A stretch of DNA of 64,000 nt from Octopus sinensis (taxonomy: Eukaryota), in the NCBI RefSeq assembly GCF_006345805.1, contig NC_042999.1:65906001-65970000 (forward strand), in the 5' to 3' direction. The translations under genes and the position numbers were made by a program. This document shows positions 37,504 through 51,786 of the stretch, in pieces (within the stretch, counting starts at the first letter, position 1; every line of letters begins with the position of its first letter). The notes under the pieces were generated by a model. The model saw only the letters and a list, made by a program, of their open reading frames with translations. It was not told where the DNA came from and did not search any database.

Positions 37504-40500
37504 TATATACATATACATATAAAATAATACATATACATATAAAATAATACAGGCACACACTTGATGGTTGTCATCGGGCTTGCTTTTGTGTTTGTTATGC
37601 CTAAAAGTTTTGTCGACTATGTCGACTGTCTTATTCACCAGTCAATCAAAACAATAGAAAATGAATTAGATGGTTGTTATGATATATGCCAAAGAGAATT
37701 ATTCGGACATTTTCCGAAAAAAATGTATCCAAAGATATTCATTTCAGGTCGCCTATGGTATTTAATTCAACACGAAATGAACACAACGTCGACCAATAAG
37801 CAAATGCGACACGGCCATGGCCACCGGTTTTTCTCAGCTATTGTTTATCTAGGGTTTAATTATCCAATTTTCCCCTCTATGTTCGTTTCTTGGTGGTTAT
37901 CTCTATGAAATTCATTTCACACTAATTATCTAATTTTTCTCTCTATGTTAGCTTCTAAGAGTCTTAGTAGTTATTTCTATCAAATTCAATTCAAACTCAA
38001 TTCTGGAGATACCCTGGATGTCTTTAAGTACAATATATTAATCTGGACACTACCCCCACCTTATATTGATAAAAACTTCTAAGTTTTTTCTGGGCTTCCA
38101 AGAGATGTTTTCATTTTTCCCAATGTACTATAATTCAGCGTAATCCTTGTTCCTGAGACATGTTCCATTTTTAGTTAACCATACTTAAACGTAGAAGTGA
38201 AATTTGAGCCACCATATAATCACTGACCATTTTTATTAAGTACTCTTTCTATTGCCAGTACGGCAGTTCCTTTGCAAAATTCTTATTTAAGAGTAAAATT
38301 TGACGAAATGCTGCTAAGCATTTTTCCGGACGCGCGATTGACTCCGCCAAATTAATATTAATATTTTGTATGACACTTAGCATATTTTCTGTTTTGGGAA
38401 ATTATCGAGCGTAATTTGTTTTATGAGCTTAGTTCCTTTACTTGCTTAAGCCCTGTGTATTTGTAATGTTTTGGCATAGAAATTACTGGTGTCTGTGAAA
38501 GCTAATTTTATCATTTTGGTGATTTTCTATATCCTCCGGGAAATAACTACTTCGTACATCTCTCCATATTAAAGAGATGCCATATGGAACCAAGCGCATT
38601 TTACACATTTGATAGCATGTGTTTGTGCTCGTAACGTGTCCAGCTTTTATAAATTTCGTCATTCAACTGTTACAATCCTTTGAATCATCCTGCATTATAT
38701 TAATAAATCCTTAATAACATTATCTGGATATATATTTCTTATCTCCTAATCCTAATCTATCTATCGGTGACCCCAAGTTTCTGTTAAAACGAGGGTATAA
38801 CAGAAGAAAATTGTACAAGCAAATCGTTATTTTGCAAATATTCAAACATATTAAATTATATATTTTGTAACTAGTCGAGTTTAAAAGTATTTTGTGCTTA
38901 ATTTACATATTTGATATTTCTATGTATAGTTAGCAAATTTTCATATTTAATTGTTGCTATTATACAGATGCTTCTTAAGTAGGCGAGCTGGTAGAGCCAT
39001 TAGAACATTGAAAAATGAGTTTATGCTATTTCTTTCTCATCTGTAAGCTCAAGTTCAAAGTACTGATGTAAGTGCAGTGTCAATTGTATCGACTTATTCT
39101 TTCGTCTTCAAGTTGCCGACATCGTGCTATATCGGAATCGATTAGATGCGTGTCCCAAAGGATACAGTTTAGTAAGGTTAACCACCACAAGAAAGTTAGT
39201 AGCTTGCCATTTAATTATCTTGAGATTATTCATTTACTCGTTACTAACTGAACTTGGAATCATCACTATACTCCTGATCAAATATTTACTGAAAAATGCA
39301 TCATTAAGTGTTCTTTAAAGAAATAGAGATTAAATTAAATTTCACATTTGGTTTCTTAATAAATTGGGAAAAAGAAGCTCTGAAATATATTTTATTTTAT
39401 CTGTTTCCATAATGGTTTTCAATTTATCTCGATGGATCTTATAGTATGCCAACTTCCCTGTAATTTTCAAATGAGCATCTCCTACCAAGAGTCTGCATTT
39501 CCATAGAAACATGAAATACTCAGATCCAAATGTAAACTAATGTGTAAATACAAGTGCAAAGGGAATCCAGTCATAGCGATCTCGTCATTGATTTTGAATT
39601 AGTGTCTTTCTGTAGGTATTAACGGAAGTATATCCCTTTTATTTTAGGTCAAAAAATATGTCATGGTGGAGATTTGATATTATTTCTCCCTGAACGAGCG
39701 ACACTTTGTTACAATCACGTTTGTTTCTATATGTAGTATGTACAATATCATTTTTCTATACATCATATACATAACGAAATAATATCATCATTCGATAGCG
39801 ATATATAACGTCAAATAGTTTTTATATGTCATGCACATTATAGAGATCGTAGAATTATTACATAGACTGAATCACCTCATCTAAAGTTGTACTTATACGA
39901 ATTTATTTCACAGTATTTCGCAACGCCAGTGAGTATAAACCCCATTCATGTATTAAAAATATAGTTTACATCCCAATCAAGCTACCAGTCTTCAATAATT
40001 CCACGTAGGCCATTCCGAAGGGTTCTGTTTAATGCATCGCTTATACCTGGTTGGTCATTGATCCACATGTGCGTAACGGTAATCTAGAGTTCACGCATTC
40101 CACGTTAGATGGTATTGTGCTGAAGTATAATACATGTTCATTACAAGTCATAACCAATTACGTTAATAGTTCATTTAAAGTGGTTCCGAATAATATTTTC
40201 CGATAAAATGCAAATACAACAAAAAAGAATTGCATATTTCCTTTGCCAGTTTAAATGGTGAAAACTAATGTCATTAAAAGGAGTGATATTCAATTAATTT
40301 TATCGGAATATTTGAAACTGTATTAAAAATATTGAACTATAAAATGAAAACGAAATAAAATCTGTGGAAAATATTAAATTCTATGTGAAGTGAATCTAAC
40401 ATTAATCTTATTCAACGTCATGAATTTTGGACGGTTTTCATTAATTAGTCATATAAGGGGAAGGAGTTGGGGATAGGAGAATGTGGCTATAACCTTTAGA

Positions 40501-40767
40501 GACACTCCCAGGCTCAGGAGGATCGATATCGTTGATATTCGATTTGAATTTCATCAAATCTAAGAGATAAAAGTAGGTGAGTATCGAGGTCCAGAGATGC
40601 GCATTTATTGTGCATTAAGCCTTAGGCTGAATCTAATTGTGTAAATTTGCTATCAAATTCATTGCACCTAAAAATTTACTCTCTTATGATTCTCAGATAT
40701 CTAGAATTTATTTTAAACTCAAACACATACATAGATACATACAAACAGAGGTACGTACACACACATG

Positions 40768-40816
<49 letters not shown>

Positions 40817-41000
40817 TATATTTGAGGTTGGTTATAGTTTTTGCCAATTAACCGCACCAAATATGGCCAACAATATCTGTCTCAACACATCATTAATCTT
40901 GCAAACAGTACGGAAACCCACACAAACCCAGAAATGCACATAAACGTATACAACACCCTCCGCAAACAACCCCCCCCCCCACACACACACACTCACTCTT

Positions 41001-41225
41001 GTAGAGGCGCAATGGCCTAGTGGTTAGGGCAGCGGACTCGCGGTCGCAGGATCGCGGTTTCGATTCTCAGACCGGGCGTTGTGTGTGTTTATTGAGCGAA
41101 AACACCTAAAAGCTCTACGAGGCTCCGGCAGGGGGTGGTGATCCCTGCTGTACTCTTTCACCACAATGGCGGTGCCCCAGCATGGCCACAGCTCAAGAGC
41201 TGAAACTGGAAAAACAAAAACAAAC
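41001..41225 (+). mobile_element. SINE family B head fused to the family C 3' tail
   Basis: Family B sequence runs to about 41165, then aatggcggtgccccagcatggccacagc...gctgaaac. Confidence 0.8.
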
Positions 41226-42022
41226 AAACATACATATAATATCTCATAATGAGGGAACTATTTTATATGCAATAAGCATATAATGTAACTAGTACACGTG
41301 CATATATGATGTGAAGCAACCATTACACACACACACACATCATAATCATACATGATGATGATGGAGATCATGATAATGTTGATGATGGTCAATGTCCGCA
41401 TCCTTGACGGATGGTAGCCATCACACATTAAATAATGAGATTTATCGGAATTAAGACACAAAAGCTAGTCTGTCAGTCGCCATTGAAGTTACCAGACATA
41501 AATAGAGCAAAGCGACTGGTATTATTTTGAATTCTGATTCATAGAAATGCATCTTTTCTCTTGAAGAGTTACATTCCCCACTGGTTTATCAAAAATATCG
41601 CTGGCTTCCATTACCACTTGTATTTACATAAAGGAATACATACATTTATGTACACACACGCACATTATATATATATATGTATATATATATATGAACTTTT
41701 TAATAATCTCTCAAGATTTTTTTCTGGAAACTGTTTTTAATATTTTCTTATTATTATCTGAGAATGTATATATGTATTGTAATTTTTGTGCCAAATATTT
41801 TAATGAACTTTTTAATATTTTCCCAAGATGTTTCCTTGTAAACTGTTTTTAACATGTTCTTATTATTATCAAAGAATGTATTTATGTATTGTAATATTTT
41901 GTGATAACCAGTACCTAACACAATAAAGCTTTTACATGTTACTTTTGACAATCTTTTTCTTAAATGTGAAACCGGTCAAGTGAATAAACATTTTTTAAAA
42001 TTACATTTTCAAACCTTCTTTC

Positions 42023-42076
<54 letters not shown>

Positions 42077-42088
42077 ATGCATATATGC

Positions 42089-42219
<131 letters not shown>

Positions 42220-42329
42220 TCATATATACGTTTGTGTGTATGTATGATCGTATGTATACACTTATATCACTTATATGTAATAATGATAATAGAAAGCACT
42301 TATAGGTGTTTATTTATTCCATCGATAAT

Positions 42330-42950
42330 GTAAGCTGTAGATATCACTGTCTCACTAACACGGAACACCACACATCATCGCATAGATTGTCTAATAACCA
42401 TGTCCGTTTAAATGATATCTTTAAGTTAAAACAAGGAAAACCTCCCCAGTCACAGCCACGGTAACATTTCAAAGAAAAATTTAAAACCACGCGTAAAAAT
42501 ATCAACGTGCCAACTAACTCCTGGAAATATCTATGCATCAGATAGGGAGTTGTATAGGAATCTGATACTGGTGTTAAAGAATTCGGGAACGACAGGATTG
42601 CATACAAAGACTTGAAACGTGCTTGCTAAATATATAGCATGTGTACTTGGGAATGTCCGGAATGAGCCTCTGTTTCGTGTGACCAATGTGGTAGTGCCTG
42701 CATGTCAAAAGCTAGCCTGCTCAACCATTTGGATGGTCACGGAAAAAACCCTTCTGTCAACGTCATATCCAGCATGATCTCTCTTGCATCAAATGTATTG
42801 CTCAACCAGAGAATTCACTCCGCACTCAAAGCCAAAATATATAGAGAGCTACATCTGGTGGGCTGACGTCTCATCGATGTGTAATTCCTTGGAAGTCCCT
42901 GACAGGCTAAAGGAGCCAATGAGACGTCATCAGTGGTGGTGAGGGATCTA
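42330..42950 (+). mobile_element. RTE-clade LINE 3' fragment
   Basis: Degenerate GKPPQSQPR*HFKEKFKTTRKNINVPTNSWKYL resembles the RTE C-terminal region. It is followed by a C2H2 motif CDQCGSACMSKASLLNHLDGH at 42678-42740. Confidence 0.7.
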
Positions 42951-43266
42951 AGCCGAGGGACTAAAGCCGAGCCGTTCCTTAGAGTGAAATGGATCGAGGA
43001 AGTGGTCTTATTCGATCACCAGTCGACTTACACCTTATATACATACATTTATATACATACACATATGTGCATGAAGCTGTGTATATATGTATGTATGCAT
43101 GTATGTATGTGTATGCATGTATGTATATATTTATGAATGTATGTATATATAACTACATACACACACATATTTAGATACATATTATATACACACATAGAAC
43201 CATACTTATACATGCATATTATACACACATACATATGTGGCAGTTAGTGTATGTATACGTATATGC

Positions 43267-43299
<33 letters not shown>

Positions 43300-46200
43300 G
43301 CAGTTATGTATACAAATATATATATATATAAATGTGCATATGCGCGTGTTTTCTTTATCGCAAATATTGCGGCCATTTCTTCCAGTTTAAGTGACACGTT
43401 GACACGTAATGGGTTTTGTGAAGGGGATGGTTAATTTATGTTCTGTTTAGATGTGATGCTGGACGTATGACTGAATGAGATAATGCGTCTGAATTGAATG
43501 GACTTTGCAGTTGCGATGTAGAAATTTCTAGTTAAAGATGCAGAATCCATTATACTGTCAGTATAATTTATATACACAAAAGAAAAAGTGTCAGTGTGAT
43601 TCATAGACTGAGTCTTTGTTGAATGAGTGTTTATGAATGAAACGATTTTAATTCGCTGGTTCAGCTTGCTGCGATATTTCTCGATAATTCTGTATGTAAG
43701 TTGGTGTAAAATCTCAGATAAATGAGAAAATATTCTCCGATGTGATTCGAATTGATCAGCTATTCATTAGAGCTGAAGCACATTGAGACCTTTGAGAATA
43801 GGCAGGGCTTTCGGATGCATCTATTAAGAAACGACGAAAGGAAGGTCAGCGGTGGATAGGATATAGAATATTCGAGATATAACTGAAACACGGAGTCCTT
43901 CGGTGTTAACAGAAGTGAAGTGGGAAGAGGTGAGAATGACATAACGTGCATACTTCATGCGGGGGAGGGAGTTCCTTTCAAGGTACTCTATCATAGGATA
44001 CAATGGCTTGATTGAAAACTAGATTCATAGAAGAAAGTTTGGGTGGAGTGTATACGAGAAACACACAAAGGTCGATGCGAGAAATGCCCAAAGGTCGACT
44101 GATATCAAGAAAATAATAGCATTTCTTTACTGTGGTTATCTAAAGTGAGAAACCACTAATGTTTGACGTGAAAGGCATTTACATTAGAGTATTAGAGACG
44201 TATTTGCAGAAAGTAAAATAGACCGGTGTAAATGCAAAGAAGCGCATTGTGATATAGAATGGGCTTCCATTATGTGTATCTGAAAATTTTGAAGCAAGGA
44301 CAATTAAATGATCTTTAGCAGGTCAGAGATTCTGCAATTCTAGTGAATGAAACAGAATGTTGTACGGTTCCAGGGAGCAAAATAGACTTCTTCATAAATG
44401 CAAAATTTTAAGGGAAAACACCTGAAGCTTTTTCACTCGCTCTAATTCCTATGAATAAGAAACCCACTTATTTCTTTCAATCAATGGAATTAAGAAGGTT
44501 GTTCGGACTTCTAAAAAATACAGTGAAATAAATTCTTACCGCATGACGACACACGTTATGCAGAACAAATCACATACTGCACGGAACCCGCAGCAATAAA
44601 ATGTGGGTAAACAGACTAATAACTCAGTAAAATTTATGCGTCGATATCACCTCGGCTGCGTTTAACAGGAATTTAAAAATAAGAGAAAACGAATTGAATA
44701 TATATTTCGAAAATTGGCAAAGGACACACATTTTGGTGGGGGACATAAATGATATTATCAATTCTAGTGGTTAGTAAGTCCGTATATTATTAAATTCAAA
44801 GTGAAGTGTTCCAAAGCTCATATTTGTAAACTTACACTCTAGTATTAAATATAATAAAATCGTGGTATATTATGTTATATAGGGAATTGTATTGCATTGC
44901 ATATGCTATAAGCTATGTGTTGTGGTATGTGGTGTTCTATATGTAATACTCCCCCATGATAACCCCTGCCTAGCTGGTCTGATTTCATCCTATTTGGTGA
45001 TTAAACTATTTTCCTTTCTATGATGTTCTACCCTGCTGATCATTTTATGTATATTTGTAGTGACTTCATGTAAGCAAGTCTCCTTTCGACTAACTCATAA
45101 ACCCCCTAGAAACTATAAAATCATATATAGAATAACGCCTGTGATATTACAAAGTCTCTTCGGTCTGAATACCTTTAACTGCTCTCAATACTCCTACACC
45201 TATTACTCCTACTTTTCGGGTTAGCCTTATCTCTTCCATACCTCTAATTTTAATCCCCTGTCTCTTTATATATAGGTTATATGTATTTCTTATTATTTTC
45301 TATAAATTCTTATTATTTTGTTTTCTTATTTTCATATTTTTCCTTATTAACCTCTTATCCCTTATAAACTGTTATTTTTCTTGTTCTTAAATAATAATAT
45401 TCAGTTCCTTAAGTCTATGCGCAATATTTATACTATATCCATTTAGACGAATAAATATTTGTGCATGTGTATATACGTATATATGCACGGATATAAATGT
45501 GTCTATGCCGGTATGCATCTTCATATTTTTCTGATTCATAGCTTAAATTAATAGATAGCATGTACATCTTTCCAGTTATTCCATAAGTAAATGCCCTGAG
45601 CAGTGTTTATAGAAACCACCTAATAAGTAATCAAGTCCATGAATGAATATTAAAGTGATTCTATATAATCGTCCTTCTTAATGTTTATAATTGATATATA
45701 CACACCTTTTATATCAATGATATATATTATGATATCAATTTTAGAATTCTTAAACTTTATTTTTATACAACATAATAATATTGTTTATAGACATTCACCT
45801 ATAGTGCCCCTAATAAAATTTCCTGTGTATTAATATCTTAAGTTTCTTAGTGTCTTGCCTCTTGAATTGGTAATTAATATCATGATGTAAAGTCTACCCC
45901 TACCATACCTCTTATTATAGACAGTTTCTTATATCCAACTGACTACTCATGTCTTATTTCCTCCCTAGAGAAAAGGGATGCATATAATAATATTTATGAT
46001 CATACATAGCCATGACGTGCCAACTCACTCTTGTCATTTATTCAAAATAGACACAGTCTTCTAGTCTTAGATTTAGTAGTTGACAAAGAGATGAGTTAGA
46101 AATGAATTACAATCACTTACAACCCTATAACCCCACTATGCTCCATGCAATTATTAGTCGTGTAGTCTATTCATAGCTACAATAGCTTCAACATGAATTT

Positions 46201-46417
46201 CTTCCACCTGCTTGCTCTGTTACAATATTTTAGAAAAATTATATTAATGTGGCCTACTTGCTAGAATTCCATTTATTTATTTGTGCAGCTGAAGATGGCA
46301 CTGAATTTAAATTGATGTAATGATTGCATTGTTCAGTTAAATGGAGCTTCTTGAAACGGTGGTACTGCATCACTACCAGAAATCCTGTTGCATATTTTGA
46401 TTTTATCTATCTATCTA

Positions 46418-46450
<33 letters not shown>

Positions 46451-46816
46451 ATAATGCAGTGATTGTTTCTTATCAGGAACAAAATGTTTAATAGGACTGC
46501 TATAGAAGTGCTCAATTAAATGAGACAAATATATTAAACTATGGTTTAAACTCGTGCATTAAATACAGTGATGTACCCCTGAAGTGGCCATAGGGAATTT
46601 AAATATGGGTTCTTTTTTGCTTGGACACTGGCTTTTAACTATAGATTTCCCCTATCTGAAAAGTAATTTTTAATGAGAAAAAAAAAATTCTAAACGATGA
46701 ACTTTTATCTTACCGTATATAATATATATTACTTTTTTATATGCTTCCTATATATATATGTATTTTTATATATATTTCTTATATATCTGTATATTTATAT
46801 GGATGCAACGCGGATT

Positions 46817-46866
46817 TTTGTCAGTGAACAGGTCGCGGATTTTAGCGACGAAAATATTTTGACAAA
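46817..46866 (+). ncRNA. Hammerhead-derived fold with mutated core (GUGAACA)
   Basis: tttgtca-GTGAACA-g-gtcgc-ggatttta-gcgac-GAAA-atat-TT-tgacaaa. Stem I is 7 bp, stem II is 5 bp, and helix III is the palindrome AATATT. Confidence 0.7.
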
Positions 46867-47232
46867 TTAAACTTAAATGTTGAAGTGAATCGAACGGCTT
46901 TTGTGTGTTTCTTAAATGGCTTACCAACACCTTCCACGCTGCAATTATATATTTATATATTACTTTATATTTTTACGTATTTATTATTCTAGGTGTTGTA
47001 ATGTTTTAAAAATATATATATTTCTTAATCGCTAAAGTATTAACCGTGATGAATTGTATTCACACATTTTTCTTGCATTTTCTTATATGTTTGTACTGAT
47101 GAGTTGTGTTTCATCTTCCGTGATGTTATACATGTATATTCTATGTGAAAGAAAAAAAGCATTACGTGATTAAATGTTCGAGATATGAAATGTTACGTGG
47201 ATGACCTTGTATTTGTTTGTTCTGCAACCATA

Positions 47233-47284
<52 letters not shown>

Positions 47285-47351
47285 ATACATATATACACAC
47301 AGACATACGTACATACATATATGCGTGTGTGCACCTGCGACTGTGTGTATG

Positions 47352-47383
<32 letters not shown>

Positions 47384-47384
47384 A

Positions 47385-47706
47385 GAGGGCGCGTGGCTTA
47401 GTGGTTAGGGCATTCGGCTCATGATCGTAAGGTTGTGAGTTCGATTCCCGGCGACGCGTTGTGTCCTTGAGCAAGACACTTTATTTCACGTTGCTCCAGT
47501 CCACTCAGCTGGCAAAAATGAGTTGTACTTGTATTTCAAAGGGTCAGCCTTGTCACTCTCTGTGTCACGCTGAATATCCCCGAGAACTACGTTAAGGGTA
47601 CACGTGTCTGTGGAATGCTCAGCCATTTGCACGTTAATTTCACGAGCAAACTGTTCCGTTGATCGTATCACCTGGGACTCTCGTCGTCGTAACCGGCGGA
47701 GTCTTT
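47385..47706 (+). mobile_element. SINE family D with tail X
   Basis: Head ggcgcgtggcttagtggttaggg...gagttcgattccc, CORE-like gttgtgtccttgagcaagacacttta, and a tail shared with the 13175 copy. Confidence 0.92.
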
Positions 47707-47708
47707 AG

Positions 47709-47758
<50 letters not shown>

Positions 47759-48525
47759 TATATATGTATGCGGGTGTGTAGCGTTGAGGGTGCGAATTTG
47801 TCTATAATCACAAATATGAAAAATGGAAGTCAGTATATCATTTGAGTACTTCATTTACAATCTTTCCAGCATAATTCAATAAAACCAATCTTGCGTAATT
47901 TTGCAATCATTTTCTCCATAACACACGATGAACATGTTTGTTTGGGATTTTATGACAATTACAATGCCGATCGATTCAGTAATTTTCAAAATATATGCAT
48001 ATCAATTTCACCGTGTCATTATGAACACATTCACAAAATAGAAACAAATTAAAGCAAGAATTATTGAGAATGCATTACATTTTGGTGAAATTATTACCTG
48101 CCCTGTTTGCTGAAATTTTTGCCCGTCCCTATGGCGTTATATCCAGGTCTGCCTACTGCTAGAAAATAAGAGGTTAAGTTGCTCTGACCTTTTCATCAGC
48201 TTCTTTCATTTGCATTGCTGTCAGACAACTTCAAGTCGTATAATCTGTTAATAGAATCCGTTAAGAAAGATAATTACGTCCCACAAAATACTTTCCCATT
48301 TTCAATCACTCTCGTGTCAATTTTACGAACACTTTCAGACACAAACTCGCACGCAGACATACACACGTATTCACAGACATCAGCAGCTTTTTTACTTTCC
48401 CCCTCTCCTATTCTTTCTCTGTCGCATAGTAATGAAATTAAGAATTCATTTACCCATACGTTAAAACAAAAACGAATATATCTAAAGATATACATATTCA
48501 TGAATATCACCACAGATATTTTCTT

Positions 48526-48818
48526 ATGTTGTTTTATTTAGAAATGGTCATTTTGCCAGATTAGCCAATAAAAACACACGCACTATATATTTGGTGTTAA
48601 TTTGCTTCAGTGTTATTTATTTTTTACATTAATCTTAATCTTATTTCGGCCAGAGTCCTTTCGTCACACTTCTGTGACCTCACCAGTGGTCCTTTGTTTT
48701 CTTCTTTCTTATTTGTGTAAAAAATATATAATGCTGAAGCAAATTAACACCAAATATAGAGTGCGTGTGTTTTTATTGGCTAAACTGGCAAAATGACCAT
48801 TCCTAAATACAACAACAT
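48526..48818. mobile_element. Fold-back element with 103-bp inverted arms and a hammerhead in the 87-bp spacer
   Basis: 48526-48628 matches the reverse complement of 48716-48818 at about 90% identity. Confidence 0.92.
48648..48692 (-). ncRNA. Minimal type I hammerhead motif, core CUGGUGA (A6G)
   Basis: Minus strand: ggacca-CTGGTGA-g-gtcaca-gaag-tgtgac-GAAA-ggac-TC-tggcc. Stem II is a perfect 6 bp and stem I has one bulge. Confidence 0.72.
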
Positions 48819-50781
48819 CTGTTTCAACACACGATTTTACATCAAGAATCTTGCAAAACAAATATATAAACGATATTTTCTTAGTTACACTTATATCGAC
48901 ACACATGCACATTTGAATATTATGTTACATAAAGCAATATATAACGTGATTTTTAAGCGTGTTACTAGACATACCCTAAAATACTAGTGCGTTTACATAT
49001 TCACACTCATACATATATATGCGGGCTTTCTTACAACTCCTGAGAGAATATATGTACATTTAATTCAAGCATATCAAACATAACAAGATTGTTTACTCTG
49101 AATTAGTATTAATTCATAAATATTTCACAGTATTCACACAGGCACACGAAAAAGATTGATAGATAGATTTATGCAACAGGAGTTCGTTATCGATCAAAGA
49201 TTGAGTTACACAGGAAAATCCTAATTTCAGAGAATTCCTGTTCCACAGGTTGTATAGAAAATATCCTACATAGCACATTAAAATTAGTCAAACGTTGCCG
49301 GAATGATTACAGCAGTACACAAGAGTGATCATACAGTATAACGATAAAACGATCGTAAACGATGCATTGAAATGATTTCCTAGCTCCATTCGTTGATATA
49401 TGTCATAATAAACACATCATGATCATTTGTAGATTTTTAGATTAATTGACTGATAGCGGGTATCGATGAAAATGCATATTTTTGTAAACAGAAGGGTTAA
49501 TATGCGCCGACTCATCTATTATATATAGATGTGTATGTGTGTGTTTACATGTTTATGCGTGTGTGTTTACCATTCTTGTGTAAAACCGAAAAACTGTTAT
49601 TCTACGAACGGAGTATCGCGTGAAATATACGAATAGCATTTATTTAGACACTCTCTTGTTTTAATGCTCTGAATCAGGTTGGCCACTTTCAAAACATGAA
49701 ATCAATGACGCCGTTGTTCCGAAACTACGATATAATGTAAATAAAAATAAGTTATTGGGACTCTGGTGCTCTTCTGATTTTGCTCTTCATTACAAAGTAA
49801 ACAAAATGTTGTTATCTAATTGCCATTCTCAAATTAAAATCGATTGATCTTCAGAGAATATAATTTATGGAAATCGTCTCTCATTCGATTTAAACTTTAA
49901 TAAAATAATGCTTTAATTATTGCCGAAATAATTTTGAATGACTTTGTGGGAGATTAATTAGCTCCGGAATGTAAATAGTTAATTAATGATCAAATTAAGA
50001 AGTGTACAACTTTTGCACATTGAATATTTATTCACGTTTGTTGATGTCGGCCAGAGTTGTTGTTTAGCTTTAGAAAGAAGGTCTCGGAATATTTGCCCCA
50101 GAGCATTTAGTTGTTAACCTTTACGTTCTAATTTCAACTCCTAATATTTATCTGGATTGAATTTTCTCCTCAGTTAGTACTTGACAAGCGGCGATGCATT
50201 TCAGCTTTTTATCTGATAAAAGAAATTTGTATCAACGGAGTTTCCTGAATGTGGGATATTATCATTATGCATCAAGTGAACGATGATAAGCAGATTAAAT
50301 ATATTACCATACTTGCTCCGGTTCTGTACATTCTGAATTTTAAAATTTCTGAGGTCGATTTCCCTTTTCCTTCTTCCTAGGACCGCTAAAACAAACGTTC
50401 TGCTAAATACAGCTGGCGGTCTTATCGTCAGATTAACCTTCCTGAACTTTTTCAGTTTGTGCTTTTGTTACTATTATTATTATTTAGTTAAAGAAAGGCG
50501 GCGAGCTGGCTGACTCACAAGCACGCCGGGGGAAATGTTTATATCTTCAGCGGGAAAAATATATACCCTTGGATGTTTTATATGTGTTTATGGATTCATT
50601 AAAGCAGAGTGCTATAATTATATATTATGCTCAGGTCATATAAATATAAAGTAAATACTTACTTAATATTTATTGAGTATTAATTGAAACTGCTGTAAAT
50701 TCTCCCTCTGCCATTCACTCTTTGTCTGTCTCTCTGTCTCTTTCTCTGTCTCTCTCTCTCTCTCTGTGTCTTTATATATAC

Positions 50782-50858
<77 letters not shown>

Positions 50859-51111
50859 CCGAAAAATGTTGAAAAATATTTAACATGTTTCGGTTATTAG
50901 AGTGAGACCATGCTTGGGAACCGCCTTGGGGCGTTTAATAGTCAAACAAATCAACCTCAGTACAAGTTGTTAAATCCTGTACCAATTCTATCTCTTGCTC
51001 GCGCAGAATCAATAAGTCGCGTTCACGTAAACAAATCGACCCGTGTTTGGGGACAAGTAGAAACACAAAGACAAGCATATCTGCACGCACTAATATATAC
51101 CCCTCCCACCA

Positions 51112-51159
<48 letters not shown>

Positions 51160-51747
51160 TTGATAGAAATTGAAAGATATCAAAAGAATGAAAGAAGGGT
51201 AAAAATACCGCTTGCCAAAGATGAAAACGAAAGCTTCAAATGTTTAATATAGCTATTCAGGTAGAAGTCTTGCTAACCGCCTCATTAATACTATTTTTAA
51301 CAACTATAATGCTTTCATATAGTTACATTTTTATTGTTTACGATAGTTTTCTCTTTAAACGGAGCGGGACGATTAAGGTTCGAAACGCACACTAGTTGAC
51401 GTAGTGTGTATTTTGGAAATAGATGTTGCTATCTGCAACTGAAGATTGCAAAGTATGTTTTCTCATGCACAGCAGAAAATCAATTGATATTGGGGTACGG
51501 AAACTATCTTCAAATTCCATCCTGAAGGTAGATCTGTTTTTTAAAGTGTTCATTGTGTTGCGCGTGTGTGTATTTATTGTAGGATTGGTGGTTTTCGAAG
51601 CTTTCGCTTTCATCTTTGGCAAGTGGTATTTTAACCTTCTTTTATTCAAATATTTAAAATAATACTTACTATGGTAGAATTCTTACTCGCCGCCTCATTA
51701 TTACTTTTTTTAACAGCAATAATTTTCTCATGTATACACACACACAC

Positions 51748-51786
<39 letters not shown>

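Larger units (their letters stand above)
34205..38080 (+). repeat. Diverged direct duplication: 34205-34940 (minus the SINE) versus 37555-38080
   Basis: Co-linear similarity from gggcttgcttttg through tcaaattcaattcaaa to aatatattaatctggac. Confidence 0.9.

Noticed and set aside
42864-42934. Minus-strand CTGATGA followed by a long stem
   Set aside because: The stem is followed by tcagcc rather than GAAA, so I kept it only as a hairpin.
44540-44655. Minus-strand exon-like segment with a gtaaga donor
   Set aside because: All three frames contain stops.
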